Below are positions 27,432 to 42,094 of a stretch of DNA of 64,000 bases, piece by piece. This DNA comes from the human T2T-CHM13v2.0 reference genome, Homo sapiens. Position numbers and translations under genes: made by a program. The notes beneath the pieces are model-generated. The model worked only from the letters and a program-made list of their open reading frames with translations. It did not search any database and had not been told where the DNA came from. Every line of letters starts with the position of its first letter. Within the stretch, counting starts at the first letter, position 1. The stretch lies in the NCBI RefSeq assembly GCF_009914755.1, contig NC_060945.1; one strand, written 5' to 3'.

Positions 27432-28143
27432 CCACTTGGCCAATTCTTAGGGTGTTAATTCTATTAGGTTACTTCATGTGCTAATCGATCCCTAGGGTAC
27501 AAATTAGAGTTAATTGCTGCACACAGAGTTCCCAGTGTTTACATACCGTAGTATTGTAAAGTGAATTACAACACACAATGAAATCAAAGGAAACATCAAA
27601 AAGAAAATTTTAAGAAGTCCCCAACATCAAAATGACTGTACCTCTGCTTTACATTGTATCAGTTATAGCTGCCTAATAACGGAGATTCAATTGCGCAAGC
27701 CACCAATTATTGTGTTGGAGGGCATGAGCATATATGGGGCTTTGCAACATTTTAATAAAACAGTTTGAAATAATTTACTGTCTTGATGGTTGTAGCATCA
27801 TGGCTCTTTTAGAGATTCCCCATTAACAAAAGGTAGCCCTTTACTTATAATTGCATGTAATTTTTTTTTTCGATTAACAAGAAAAACCGTGAGTACTAGG
27901 GATGTCTGGGGAGAGCAGTCAGATATCCCAGGGAGAGGTTGTCATAGAAACTGTGCTGGAGAGCAGCTATACACAGGGTAAAATGCACCCTCCAAAGAAG
28001 AGAGGATGGACATTATTGTGAAGCTGCCCTTTCTATCAGTTTCAGAGTGTAAAGCTCTTAATGAATGTCTTTGTGGAAATCATCCTCAGTGATAGCAAGG
28101 GTAGGTAGAATAGAAGGATGCTGGGGCTAATGATATATGCCTC

Positions 28144-28277
28144 AGCTGGGTGCAGTGGCTCATGTCTATAATCCCAGCACTTTGGGAGGCCAAGGCGGGA
28201 GGATTACTTGAGGCCAGGAGTTTGAGACCAGCCTGGGTAACAAACATAACAAGACCCCCGTCTACAAAAACAAAAAC
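28144..28277 (+). mobile_element. FLAM_C-like left Alu monomer within a MIR
   Basis: Single left monomer ending …gacccccgtctacaaaaacaaaaac. Confidence 0.75.
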
Positions 28278-28589
28278 CTTCATAGGATTGTTATAGAAAA
28301 TTAAATAGATAACAATCATAAAACACCCACTATGTATAGTCCTTGGAAAATATTAATAGAAATGATAATAATTTTTACATTTATTATCTCATATAATTCT
28401 CACTAGAGCAATCTGAGGGAGGCACAGTCATTATTTCCAACTATTTTTGGATACAAAAATTTATTTTCAATCATGTTTGGACATGGGGAAGGAAGAGACA
28501 TATTCTAGAATTCTATCAGAAGATTAACATCACTTGAGCAACTGCTCAGTCATACCTCTGAGAATAGTAATTTTAAATAAAATAACAAC

Positions 28590-28877
<288 letters not shown>

Positions 28878-29679
28878 AAAATATTTCCTTTTTTTCAATG
28901 AGAAAATGAGGATCAAAGAAGTTGAGTTGCTCAAGGTCACATTGAAAGTAGTAGAGCTGGAACCCAAATGCAAGGTTATCTAGCTCTAGGGCCCATGCCC
29001 TTAACGTCTCTGCTGGACTGAACTAGTGGGCAATCAATAACTGGTAATGATTACAAAAATGGTGGTAGAATAATAAATAGTGGAAGTTTTGATTGCCACG
29101 CTATATGTATGGCAGAATGTCATAGCATTTGTTGATTTTGTTCATTTCCTAAGTTTATTTTTCCCAATGGACATGGAGGAAAGTGTCATCCTATAGGATG
29201 ACAACCAAATTGTTCTGTTTTCTCCTCCTGACTCCCTAATGCAGAGCTCCAGGCTGCTCCAACCAATCTATGGCAGATAGCACTTAAGTTAAAACCTGTT
29301 GGTCATCCCCACCTAATCTTAGTCCTTCTTCAAAACTCCAGGAAAACCAGGAATTTTCTCTCTCTCTCTCTCTCTCTCCGTCTCCCAAAGGAGCAATTTA
29401 TAGCTGGAACTTCCTTACCATACTTTCCCCAATGTTTTAAGACCCTATGTTTTGGGCTGAATTGTGTCCCCCTTCTCTCAATTTATATGTTGAAATTTTA
29501 ACCCTTAGTACCTCAGTATGTGACTGTTTTTGGTGACAGGACTTGTAAAGAGAGGATTAAGGTAAAATGAGGTCATAGGGTTGGACCCTAATCCAATATG
29601 ACTGCGGTCCTCATTAGAACAGATTAGGACACAGACATACACAAAGGAAATACCATGTGAAGACATTACAAGACAACAG

Positions 29680-30591
<912 letters not shown>

Positions 30592-31358
30592 ACAACCATC
30601 TACAAGCCAAGGAGAGAGGGGCCTCCAAAGGAACCAATCATGCTGAAGGCTTATCTTAGACTTCTAGTCTCCAGAACTATAAGGCAATAAAATTGTGTTA
30701 CTTAAACCCCCCTGTGACACTTTGCTATGGCATCCCTAGAAAATGAATGCACTGCACAGCGGCCTGAGCACCATGGCTCTGTTCAAACCCATGCCACCTT
30801 TTCTTCCAGTCCTCTTCACTTTTGACATTCTGTCACTGTGTCGGTTTCCCAGTAGTTAAGCGCCAGGTGTGGAATGAGAACCCATTGTGTAAAATGGCAC
30901 AGGTCCACACTGCAATTGGCTCTGGGGAGGCTAAGTCCCGGGAAAATTAATCAAGATGTGTACTCTCCTTTGTGTTCCTGTGCCTGACTCCCACTTGCTC
31001 ATGCTCTCCCAGGGCATGGTGCCTTCCTCAGAGCTAACACAACACTGTGTTCATATCTAGATGAAAGTTCTCACAGGACTGTGACACCATTAATTTTTTT
31101 ATGTGCCTGTTTGCCACCTCAACCCTATCTCCAGTTAAATTCTGAATTCATAGACACTGAGATTATGGCTATGAATTATTCATTTTGGTATCCCAGCATC
31201 TGCTACAATTCTAGTGGTTCAAAAAAGGCATAAATTTATATTTGGATTTTTTGAGTGGATATCTTTTTTTCTGATTTCTTTCTTTCTTCTATACCTCTGT
31301 GAAGGGAGTTTTATAATACAGATGTAAGGGAAAGAAATTTTAAATACGTTAAATATGT

Positions 31359-31660
31359 TGGTCAGGCATGGTGGTTCACGCCTGTAATCCCAGCACTTTG
31401 GGAGGCCAAGGTGGAAGGATCACTTGAGCCCTAGGAATTTGAGACCAGCGTGGGCAGACCCTGTCTCTATGAAAAAATTTAAAAATGAGCTGAGTGTGGT
31501 GGCACACACCTGTAGTCCCAGCTACTTGGAAGGCTGAGGTGGGAGGATCACTTGAGCTCAGGAGTTGGAGACTGCAGTAAGGCATGATTGTACCACTGCA
31601 CTCCAGTCTGGGTGACAAGCAAGACTCTGTCTCAAAAATAAACAAACAAATGAATAAATA
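31359..31660 (+). mobile_element. AluJ
   Basis: ggatcacttgagcc in both arms. Confidence 0.9.
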
Positions 31661-31881
31661 TGTTATGCTATCAGCAGTGGTCAATGTCTTAAGAAAAAGC
31701 ATTCATGTTTATCTTAAATGCTCTAATCAGAAGATTCTAAAATGTCTAAGCTTCTTCTTAGGGGGGAAAATCCAAGCACAATGAAGGTTGAGCTGTCTAG
31801 GAAAAACAGTCCTCAGGACCTCAAGGATCTTACTGCTCCCTCCACCTGCAAGATGGAGCCGAGCCCAAGGAGAGGAGATGG

Positions 31882-31991
31882 TTCTAAAATAGGTACTTTT
31901 CAGCTGGAGCTGGCTTAGAAAGTCACTCTTAATGTCTGATGAAGCTGTAGACAAGGAATTACCCTCAAGTAGTTGAAGCTTCTGTTCCATC
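31882..31991 (+). repeat. Copy A of an unclassified 110-bp dispersed direct repeat
   Basis: Ungapped alignment to 33708-33817 with 95/110 identities (hand count). Confidence 0.9.
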
Positions 31992-32736
31992 GTTCAGGAG
32001 ATAGGGAGAGAAGGGAGACTGCAGAAGAAAGAGACTCCCCAGTGCCTACCCAAGACAGACTCTGTAAGGACTGTCAGGCAGTGGGTTGGAAAATCAATGC
32101 TTTGCCTCTAGACTCCTCTGAACTCTCTTTGTGTGTTTGGATCAGTTACTAGTATGGTTGTTTCTTTTTTGGCAATGAATTGTCTCTAAATCTCCTTGAA
32201 CTTTTTGGACAGAACAGAGGGACATAGTAATATATTTAGATTGTTATGAACTGTATCTTGCTTGTCATATTGAAACATGGAAACACTACCCTCATCCACT
32301 CCTTAGTGAATCTCCTGCTTTATCATGGGATCTGGTTGGAAAGAAAGTATGGTCTTTCTGCCCTTCACCCGTCTCTTCCTAGAGACACTATCCAAGGATG
32401 GTCAACTTCTTTGAAAGTCTTAGTAAAAAGCTGGGTCATGAGCTTTGGTTATTTTTAGACAACAATAGGCGATGGATGAAGCAAGTTTGTAACTAGGAAT
32501 GCGTGGTTTGCACTACTTGGAATGCAGTTTGCCTTCGGGGGTTTGCTGTTTGTAAGACAATTGGCAACACCCCACAGATTTGTGTCAGGAACACCAAAGA
32601 ATTAGAATCAATCATTTGTGAAGAAGCAGAACAGTCCTCCATTAGACTTTATATATTAATAAAAATGAGCACAAGTGAGGGTCAGATCTGTTCACCAGGT
32701 CCCTAATTATAATTCAGAGAGCCAGGGGAAAGAGAA

Positions 32737-32767
<31 letters not shown>

Positions 32768-33707
32768 GAAGAATGCCTGACGTTTGGGAACACTAAACAG
32801 AGACAGAAGATTTTTCTGTCTTTCACGTCAAACATCCAGCCACGTGCTCACTTTTTTTCCTTGAAAGGCATTTAACGTTGTGGGATTATATTTTTCTTCC
32901 TGACTCCTAGAAAAATATAAATGTCATCGACGTTTGATCTCATCTAGGTAGTTTGAAGGCTCTTCGTTTGTGGGTAGGAAAGTTAATGCCACAAAATGTA
33001 CTAAAATTCAAAAACATTCCAACTTTAATGATTCACAGCAAAGTCAGAATGCAGGTCAGATGCTGTATTTCTGATATTTAAAAAATACAAAAAGAATTCT
33101 TTGAAAGTATGTTTCCAAAAGACAGTAGACATTTGTACTATTTATCATTCAGCAAGAGCTAAATAGCATAGGAACATGGTTATTCTAAGTTACATTTTGA
33201 AAAAAGAGAAACAAAACAATTATTTCTGAAAACAGCAAAAACATCAAGCTTGCTAATTTGAACAGTTTTGACAGTTGACACAAAGGAGAGAAAAGGGCCT
33301 TTTATGTGTTGTATAAGGAAGATCTGTTGAAGAAAATTAGCTCCTACAGGAATAGGATTGATAATGTGACATATACTCACTCTGATCTAAATTTAACATC
33401 TTCCCACGTTCTCATTGCTCCAATGCCCTTCGAGTTACTATAGTGATCCTACCTTGCCATTCAACATTTAATTCCTAGGTAACAGACAACAACCGTGGCG
33501 ACCAGGGAAGGAATAGGCAAAAATCTATTTATTAAATATTATCTGGAGTTACTTGCTTGAAAAAACATCTCCCCCACAACCCCAGCAGATTTTGGGCTGA
33601 GTTACAACTAAAATATAAATTGTACAAGAAGAACCAAGAAGAATTTTCAGGCTCCAATTTTGAGTTTTAGAATCTTGACATAATGGCACAGACCCCCAAA
33701 ATAAAGA

Positions 33708-33817
33708 TTCTGAAATAAGCACTTTTCATCTGGAGCTGGCCTGGAAAGTCTCTCTTAATGCTTGATGGAGCTGTAGGCAAGGAAATACCCTCAACTAGTT
33801 GCGGCTTCTGTTCCATC
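33708..33817 (+). repeat. Copy B of an unclassified 110-bp dispersed direct repeat
   Basis: Ungapped alignment to 31882-31991. Confidence 0.9.
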
Positions 33818-33961
33818 CACTGATGTTGTACCATATGCTTATCCTTCCTCTAAAATGGGCAGATACATGATGTGAGAGTTTTTTCTCACAAAATTAGCTT
33901 GCATTAGAAACTTCCAAATGAAAGACTCTTCTGACCACTGGAAAAACAGAGTAAGTACTTA

Positions 33962-34040
33962 CTAGGTTCGTGCAAAAGTAATTGAGGTTTTTGCATCACT
34001 TTAATGGCAAAACCGCAATTAACTTTTGCATTAAACCTCA
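33962..34040. mobile_element. MADE1 (Hsmar1 mariner MITE)
   Basis: About 80-bp palindromic element taggttcgtgcaaaagtaattg…caattaacttttgcattaaacct, flanked by TA on each side. Confidence 0.9.
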
Positions 34041-34092
34041 TACATACATCATGTAAGTATACTTATATACATACTTTAAAAATATCTTCTCA

Positions 34093-34182
34093 GTAGCCTT
34101 CTCTTTCAGCTCTCCAGTAAAAGGGCGTCCAAAGATGGTAGCCTTCTCTTTCAGCTCTCCAATAAAAGGATGTCCAAAAACG
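34093..34182 (+). repeat. 45-bp tandem duplication (2 copies)
   Basis: gtagccttctctttcagctctcca(g/a)taaaagg…gtccaaa at 34093 and 34138. Confidence 0.9.
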
Positions 34183-34230
34183 CATACCTGAGGAGCACAA
34201 AAATACCCCACTATTTCCAGGTATTGGTCC

Positions 34231-35198
34231 TGTGGCAGGCCAGGTCTCACTAATGCAGTCTTCCATAACACCTGCTTCGGTACTGACTGACTGGCTAAGT
34301 TTTAAAAGCCAGTGCCCTTATACAAAGACTGGAATGTAACAAAAGCCCACCAAGAGTTTTGCCTAGGCTTTTCCTGAGCCTTAAAGCATAACAAAATAAC
34401 GAAGGAATCCTTAACGGGACCCATTTAGGATTAAACAAGTTTTATTGGGAGTCTGAAGAAACTCCCCAGGCTTCACAAAGAAGCTTATTGGGGTTCTGAA
34501 GGAACTCCCCAAACCTCCATGATTTAGCAGGAGACAAGATAAGGGTAATCACCCCAGCACCTGGACCCATTTAGATCAAGTAAATTTATTGAGGTTCCAG
34601 GGGAAGGTCTCAGGACTCAGACCTTAGTTATAGATTAAAAGAAGTTAATCATGGCCAGGCATGGTGGCTCAAGCCTGTAATCTCAGCACTTTGGGAGGCT
34701 GAGGCAGGTGGATTGCCTGAGGTCAGGAGTTCGAGACAGCCTGGCCAACGTGGTGAAACCCCATCTCTACTAAAAATACAAAAATTAGCTGGGTGTGGTG
34801 GCAGGTGCCTGTAATCCCAGCTACTCAGGAGGCTGAGCCAGGAGAATCGCTTAGAACCCGGGAGGCAGAGATTGCAGTGAGCCAAGATTTCACCACTGCA
34901 TTCCTGCCTGGGTGACAGAGTAGTGAGATTCTGCCTCAAAAAAAAAAAAAAAAAAAAAGGAAAAAAAGTTAATCACATGTGTCTTTAGATGAATGCACAC
35001 TTACATGTAGACATATAGCTTACAAGGTATATAAGCGCTGGAAAACTTTGTGATTTTGAGTTGGTCTGGTGATAATTTCCAGGCCTTCTCCCTGTAAACG
35101 GCTGCAGAAATAAAAACTCTCTTTCTCCCCAGTTCATCTGCATCTCGTTATTGGGCCACGAGAAATAGCAGCCTGATAGTCAGTTACATCTGGGAACA
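34231..35198 (+). mobile_element. ERV solo LTR (LTR66-like, tentative) containing an AluSx
   Basis: TG…CA termini, TSD gtcc, TATA (gtatataag, about 35027) and AATAAA (about 35109) in LTR order. Confidence 0.78.
34653..34960 (+). mobile_element. AluSx inside the LTR
   Basis: TSD aaaa(g/a)aagttaatca. Confidence 0.92.
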
Positions 35199-35574
35199 GT
35201 CCTACAATGCAGTTTTCTGTGTTAGAAATAGCAATAAATCCATTCGAATGCAGGGTCCTGAACTAAGAACCCGTACTTTAAAATCTAACTTTTTCATTGC
35301 CATGGAGTGAGCAAAGGGGAACACAAACAAAAAATTAATAAAAGCAGACCAAAAGTACACTAGAAAAGTAGACAGTGAAAAAAGGAAAGGAGAGATAGAT
35401 ATGACGAAAATAAAGTGTTATATTCAGAAATCAGAAAGTAATACTGATTGTAACATTTGTTAAACTCTTCCTTTATCCCCAGGCTCATGCTAAGCACCTT
35501 ACCTTCATTATTGTATGAAGTCCTCGTGGCAGCTATGTGGGCTTGCCACTATTAATATTTCCATATTACAGAAA

Positions 35575-36541
35575 TATAGGGTCCAGCCCTACGGAGCTTG
35601 GCGGGTGTTCTCCTGGTGTGCAGAGATGAGAGATTGTAATAAATAAAGACACAAGACAAAACGATAAAGAGAAAAGAGCTGGACCCGGGGACCACTACCA
35701 TTAAGACGCATAGACTGGTAGTGGCCCTGAACGGCTGGACACACTGATATTTATTGCATATAAGACAAGGGGGCAGGGTAAGGAGGGTGAATCTTCTAAG
35801 TGATTGACAAGGTGAAGCAAGTCACATGATCACAGGACAGGTGGCCCTTCCTTCTTAGGTAGCCAAAGCACACAGAGAGAAGGCAGCATAGGTCAGTGTT
35901 TTCTTCTATGCACTTATAAGAAAGATCAAAGACTTTAAGACTGTCACCATTTCTGCTACCGCTATCTACTACGAACTTCAAAGAGGAACCAGGAGTATGG
36001 GAGGAACATGAAAGTGGACAAGGAGAGTGACCATTGAAGCACAGCACCACAGGGAGGGGTTTAGGCCTCCGGATGACTGCGCGCAGGCCTGGATAATATC
36101 CAGCCTCCCACCAGAAGCTGCTGGAGCAGAGTTTTCCCTGACTCCTCCAAGGAAAGGAGACTCCCTCTCGCAGTCTGCTAAGTAACCGGTGCCTTCCCAG
36201 ACACTGGCGTTACCGCTTGACCAAGGAGCCCTCAAGCGGCCCTTATGCAGGCGTGACAGAAGGCTCACCTCTTGCCTTCTAGGTCACTTCTCACAATGTC
36301 CCTTCAGCACCTGACCCTATACCCACTGGTTATTCCTAGGTTATATTAGTAATGCAACAAAGAGTAATATTAAAAGCTAATGATTAATAATGTTTATAAT
36401 AATGATTGATAATTGTTCATGATCATCTCTATATCTAATTTGTATTATGACTATTCTTATTCTAACTATTTTCTTTATTATACTGAAACAGTTTGTGCCT
36501 TCAGTCTCTTGCCTCGGCACCTGGGTAATCCTCCGCCCTCA
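35575..36541 (-). mobile_element. LTR13 (HERV-K13/HML-4) solo LTR inserted in a MIR
   Basis: Minus strand begins TGAGGGCGGAGGATTACCCAGGTGCCGAGGCAAGAGACTGAAGGC; about 967 bp; degenerate 6-bp TSD; MIR resumes on both sides. Confidence 0.85.
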
Positions 36542-36610
36542 GAGACAAGGAATCAAGGGTGAGTCCATTAAGGCAATTTGCACAAGAAATCCCCAGTAAG
36601 AAAGTAAGTG

Positions 36611-36911
<301 letters not shown>

Positions 36912-37127
36912 TTAAGTGGTAGAACTTGCATATATTAAAAAAAAAAAAAAAAAAGCCCAAGCTGTCTGGACTCCAGAATCTGAACTCGTAGTGGGTATCA
37001 TGGAGAGAGGGAAAAGTATAAATATAAAAAAGAGAAAATATGTAACAAAAGAGAAATTAATTCCTGCTGTATGTGGAGGAGACATTACAGGTAATTGGTC
37101 TCACAAGTGCCAAAATATACGCTACAG

Positions 37128-37613
37128 CAGGTGTCCCCAGCTACTGGGCCAGGGACTGGTACTTGTCTGTAGCCTATTAGGAGCCAATTCACACAGCAGG
37201 AGGTGAGCGGTGGGCGAGTTAGCATTACCACCTGAGCTCTGCCTCCTGTCAGATCAGCAGCAGCGTTAGATTCTCATAAGATTGCAAACCCTATTGTGAA
37301 CTGCACATGCAATGGATCTAGGTTGCATGCTGTTTTTGAGAATCTAATGCCTGATGATCTGTCACTGTCTCCCATCACCTCCCAGATGGGACTGTCTAGT
37401 TGCAGGCAAACAAGCTCAGGGCTCCCACTGATTCTACATGATGGTGAGTTGTATAATTATTTCATTATATATTACAATGTAACATAATAGAAATAAAGTG
37501 CACAATAAATGTAATGTGCTTGCATCATCTTGAAACCATCCCCGCATCCAGTCCATGGAAAAATTGTCTTCCATGAAACTGGTCCCTGGTGCCAAAAAGA
37601 TTGGAGACCACTG
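37128..37613 (+). mobile_element. MER1A (hAT-Charlie)
   Basis: caggtgtcccc…ctcctgtcagatcagc…ttagattctcata…gaaactggtccctggtgccaaaaag…gaccactg. Confidence 0.9.
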
Positions 37614-38207
37614 CTCTATGGGATCCATGAGCCTTGTACTTTACCCTAAACCAGTGAATTCACAAAGTCAAGGAGTCAGAATGGGTTTCCAAAGCTCTCC
37701 TTGAATGGAAGCAACCAGAAACTGTGGTGTAGATTTTACTTTTACAAAAGTGAAACAATTCTTTTGAATAGAATAACTTTTTATTCTCCTGCTTAGGAGA
37801 ATGTTCACGTGTCCTTTGATAAAAATATTTACACTTATGTATGTATTCACATCGCCGAGTTGGAAAGCAGAATAGGTAGAAGTTCTTTATAACATCTGAT
37901 ATGCAAGAATATGATAATTTTAGACTTTTTGTCCTACAAAGTAGTCCTATGGACCAAAGGTGGATGGCAGATTTATTACTGTTCTTGGGAATTCAGGATG
38001 GGTGTCAAACAGCGATAATCATATTTCATTATGGTCTAGAGTAATTTTAGAAGTTCATTCTGAAAGTTCCAGCATGTATTATTGATTATTGTTCTATATG
38101 AATTAATCACAGATGAAATGTAAGATAGAGTGGTGTCTTGTACAATGAGTTACATAAAATTAAACGGGTCTATACAAAACTTCTTAGTGGTAGAAAAGAA
38201 CAGTAAC

Positions 38208-38229
38208 TGCAATACACCACAAGAGGGCA
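38208..38229 (+). promoter_or_regulatory. Candidate CTCF site
   Basis: Core CCACAAGAGGGCA (38217-29) preceded by TGCAATA, in unique sequence; motif match only. Confidence 0.4.
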
Positions 38230-38782
38230 AACTGGTACTGTTGAATATCAGTAACTTGGCTGCAAAGAGTGCAATGAAAGACAAGGTGATGTCAGATCCA
38301 AGCCAGTTTACTTTTCTGCAATCATTCAAAGATCAAATCAGAAAGCTTTTCTTTAGTAAGTTTTGTGGTATTTGAGAAAAGTAATAAGGTCTTACTAGTT
38401 AGTAAATAAAGCATACTGCTTTTTACTTTCATTGAAAAAAATAAGATTTGTCTCTAAAAATATATTTTCCTGGGTTAATATTGTATTAGATACATACTTT
38501 GTATCATCACCAATTGTCAAGAAAATTTGGGGAAAATTAAAAGAAAAAATTATTTTCTTTTTTATCAGCAGTGTACAGCAATATAGCAAAACAAGCTACA
38601 AATAGGTGAAATTGGGGTTCACTTTAGCAGACAGGAGAAAGGTTAACAAGGTTAAGGTTAATATGATAAATAAATTATGGCAGAGAATTGAGGCAAATGA
38701 ATAGAGATTCAGACAGTTCTCCCTGACGCTTCCCCTTACACATGTAACTAGGTGATTCATTGTAGATTAAAGAATGCCATTT

Positions 38783-39109
<327 letters not shown>

Positions 39110-39324
39110 TTAGGCCCTAAATTGTCTTTTTAATAACGAGTGCAATCTGAAAATGAGGTTCTTTGTATGTTGTGGCCTGAAGATAACGATAAAAGATAAA
39201 GAAACATTGGCAAACTGCAAAATCCTCACAGCACATGCAGTTTAGAGTGATGCTAGAAGTAATGTGATGTTTCCCTATTGAAAGAAAACTTATAAATATT
39301 TTCACTAGGAATGTTCCGTTAGTC

Positions 39325-39860
<536 letters not shown>

Positions 39861-40556
39861 TTTAGTCTAGCTGTGGACCCCTTCATAGTAAAGGAGTAAA
39901 TGAGAAGGAGAAATAAACTTGAGACTTGGACGTAGGGACACAAATAGCCTATAACTGGAGAGCAGAAGGTTATAAAAATCTCCACCTCAGGTCCCAAGAG
40001 ATGTTCAACACTCAGAGTCTTAACAAGAAGCAAAAATTGTCTTAGGAAAAAGCGTATTTTAGAAAATTGGTTGAAACACATCCATAGCCTCATGCTTAAA
40101 ATATGTAAATCCTGAAAGTGAAGTAAATCTAAAAATGTATGAGCTGGGGATTCTGTCCTGAGCATCAGAAGCCCGGGCATTTTGAGCCATCAAGAAGTAA
40201 GGAAATGCTTGAATCTTGCAGGAAACAGTAGGGTTTTGCAGCAAGACCATTGTGGGTGACAAATTCGCTCCAAAAAGCACCCTCATTTTCTGAGTGTAAG
40301 GAAACATCCCATAAATTACACCTCACAGACATTTCTAAAAGACCACTGGAAATTTAAAAATTTTGAAAACTTATTTCGTCATTTGTAGAAAGAACAAATT
40401 TTCAAAGAGTGACACATGCATTCTACTTTGATTTGAAAGATGAGCTAAGTTTTTCATGAAATCAACTAATTAATTGCTGGGGGAAAAAATGGCTTAAAAG
40501 AGTATATACTGCAATGGTGCCCAAGTCTGGCTGTAGGAAAATGTCAAGGAGACTTT

Positions 40557-41157
40557 TGTCAATGAAAAGTGGCAAACTCTGTAAAATATTTGAAGAGATG
40601 TATTCTCAGGTAAATATGAGTGACCAATGGCCTCTGACACAGCCCTCAGAAGATTTTGAGAACACGCACCCGAGGTGGTCGGAGTACAGCTTGGTTTTAT
40701 ACATTTTTGGGAGACATGAGACATCAATGAATACATGTAAGATGTATATTGGTTTGGTCCAGAAAGGTGGGACAACTCAAAGCAGGAGACCTTCCAGGTT
40801 ATATGTAGCTTTAAAGATTTTCTGATTGGCAATTTGTTGAAAGAGTTATTATCAATAGAAAGGAAGGTCTGGTTACAATAAGGGGTTGTAGAAACCAAGG
40901 TTTTATCGTGCAGATGAAGTCTCCTGGTAGCAGCCTTCAGAGAATAGATTGTAAATGTTTCTTATCAGATTTAAAGAGTCTGTTCTGTCAATAATTCCAA
41001 AATGGAGGAGGGTATAATGAGGCATGTCCAGCTCCCCACTCCCATCGTGGCCTGAACTAGTTTTTTCAGGTTAACTTTGAAATGCCCTTGGCTGAGAGGA
41101 GGGGTCCATTCTGTTGGTTGGGGGCGGGGGCCTTAGAATTTTATTTTTTGATTTACT
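40557..41157 (-). mobile_element. MER4A-like ERV1 solo LTR (apparently inside a MER5-like MITE)
   Basis: tgtcaatgaaaag…aaactctgtaaaatatttgaagaga…cttagaattttattttttgatttac. Confidence 0.85.
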
Positions 41158-41359
41158 TTTTTTTTTTAAAAAAGCAACACAGCTTCCCAGATTTTACTCC
41201 AAACACTGAATTGGATTTTCTGGAGCCTGTGTGTGACACAGGCATTTTTATGACACTTCCCAGGTGAGTCTTGGTAGAAACCAGGCTAGCACCAGTCCAG
41301 GGAGTGGTATTTAGGAAAGAAAAGGACAAAGTATAAAACTTGGGTTTGATTTTGACCAT

Positions 41360-42094
41360 TGTTGGGGCCAAGGAAAAACTATTTCACCCTCTGAAGGTCT
41401 GGTGAAAAATCAACTCACAAAAGGCATAAAAATCTATTAATGTGCACACAGGGGAGAACCACAGAGCGCATGCAAGGACAAAGCTGAACTGCAACAGGAA
41501 TTTGGAATTGAAAGCCAGTTCCAGTCCCTAATGGGGTGCAGAAGCTTATATACCATCCTGAAGTACAGAAAGGATAGAGGCTCAGAGCATGGCCGATAAA
41601 AGGTTACGGTGGTAAATCAGGTTATAGTGATAAGACAGGCTACAAGAGGGAGAGAAGAGGAGGCCTGTAGCAAAGGTGGTCTTGTTATGTAGGTGAAAAT
41701 TCACAGCTGGCAGCCCTCCAAGAGGGAGAGAAGAGGAGGCCTGGCTAGAAAAGTTGGTCTTGTTATGTAGGTGAAAATTCATAGCTGGCAGCCCTCCAAG
41801 AGGGAGAGAAGAGGAGGCCTGGCTAGAAAAGGTGGTCTTGTTATGTAGCAGACCTCAGACTGAATAGATGATGAATGTTTCTTTCAGGCCTTTAAAGGTG
41901 TCAAACTCTCAGTTTATCTTTCCTAGATCCAGACAAGAAAGGGCCTGGGTGCACCGATGCAGATTCTCTACAGAGGTGAATCTTCCTCACAAAAGACAGC
42001 TTTGCAGGACAACTTCTGTTTACTGGCTCTGTAACAGCCATCTCAAAATATGTCAACTAAATATATTTGCGTTAAAATATTTTGATTTCCTTCA
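41360..42094 (-). mobile_element. MER34-like ERV1 solo LTR with an internal tandem repeat
   Basis: Minus strand begins TGAAGGAAATCAAAATATTTTA; TSD c(c/t)at. Confidence 0.78.
41643..41848 (+). repeat. 76-78-bp tandem repeat, about 2.7 copies
   Basis: caagagggagagaagaggaggcc…ggtcttgttatgtaggtgaaaattca…gcagccctc starting at 41643, 41719 and 41797. Confidence 0.9.

Noticed and set aside
31910-31960. Hammerhead-ribozyme or C/D-box motif (GAAA…CTGATGA)
   Set aside because: The spacing cannot accommodate the required stems, and CTGATGA is not conserved in copy B (TTGATGG).
31727-31990. 87-aa ORF with a good Kozak context starting in repeat copy A
   Set aside because: Differences from copy B are mostly amino-acid changing and the C-termini are unrelated, so there is no sign of coding constraint.
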